A DNA stretch of 60,804 nucleotides from Candidatus Poribacteria bacterium (GTDB lineage: Bacteria; Poribacteria; WGA-4E; UBA9662): positions 1 through 60,804 of the forward strand of contig JAYGDX010000322.1 of the NCBI GenBank assembly GCA_046582655.1. The letters are read 5' to 3'. The position numbers and the translations under genes are program-made. Under the pieces are notes generated by a model, which did not search any database, had not been told where the DNA came from, and worked only from the letters and a program-made list of their open reading frames with translations. Positions 60,424 to 60,804 of this stretch are shown here, piece by piece (positions within the stretch are counted from its first letter, which is position 1; each line of letters begins with the position of its first letter).

Positions 60424-60804
60424 CACCCTTCATCTAAAACCCGAATTCACTAATTTAGCCTAGTAGGTATATCATTTTGTTGTTAAAATGGTCAAACGGT
60501 TTCTCATTGAAATCAGAAATTAGCTTACATGTTCAAAACCAAGAGCCTAGGATATTATATTTTTAGATCTATCATTCATAACAGTTTTGGCAATAATTAA
60601 ATTTCGGTAGCTTTCGCTGCCCCTTAGATCTCTGGGTTTTTCTTCTCTGTCGTCTTTTGGGCGCACTCCTCCATGTGTTTTGCTCCTCTTTTTCTCGATT
60701 TCGGTTTCACATCCTAAACACCATAGGTCCCAGTAACACTGGCAAGGATATGCATCAGATTCATGAACTTAAGGATGTGCCCTCTGATGTTGTCAACACC
60801 TCGC

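Noticed and set aside
1295..60433. The many short antisense or overlapping ORFs in the track (e.g. 15624-16091, 23843-24241, 39215-39709, 50818-51077, 57407-57637)
   Set aside because: They shadow well-supported genes or lack any recognisable motif, so I treated them as spurious.
60598..60804. Possible gene end at the right edge
   Set aside because: No frame I read gave a recognisable protein, and the minus-strand frames all contain stops.
1..60804. All broken genes being long-read indel artefacts
   Set aside because: Nonsense substitutions, multi-codon deletions and IS truncation are present, and long genes such as lon and the 4.8-kb lipoprotein gene are intact. Individual single-base cases could still be errors.

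Overview
Bacterial chromosomal segment. I infer Candidatus Poribacteria, from the secreted LamG/DUF1080/CBM9-like proteins ending in a 'KLxxxWxxxK' tail, the multiple DUF6785-type membrane proteins, the PhyH dioxygenases and a BMC shell gene. Intact genes include kbl, lon-hsp20, gpsA, an Slt lytic transglycosylase, many sugar and organic-acid catabolic enzymes (SDR, enolase-family dehydratase, MDR, two Gfo/Idh/MocA, two TIM-barrel isomerases, a sulfatase, two PhyH, a class V aminotransferase), a MacAB-like exporter lacking its own ATPase, an EutN/CcmL plus RhaD-like aldolase pair, and a CapA-vWA fusion. One operon encodes a 1605-aa lipoprotein (PQQ-like propellers, a nested 7-repeat WD40 block, malectin) together with a LolDE/MacB-like ABC system. 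About a dozen genes are broken by frameshifts, nonsense codons, internal deletions or IS insertion. Several relics are missing from or unrecognisable in the ORF track: an IS5 transposase end at the left edge, a voltage-gated K+ channel, a second TPR-glycosyltransferase and an ISL2/IS702-like element. The best candidates for undescribed biology are a conserved C-terminal motif on four secreted proteins from three unrelated families (possible protein-sorting signal), the giant nested-propeller lipoprotein operon, and the triplicated DUF6785 transporter-like family. I saw no rRNA, tRNA or CRISPR array. All family calls come from motif recognition by eye, not database searches.
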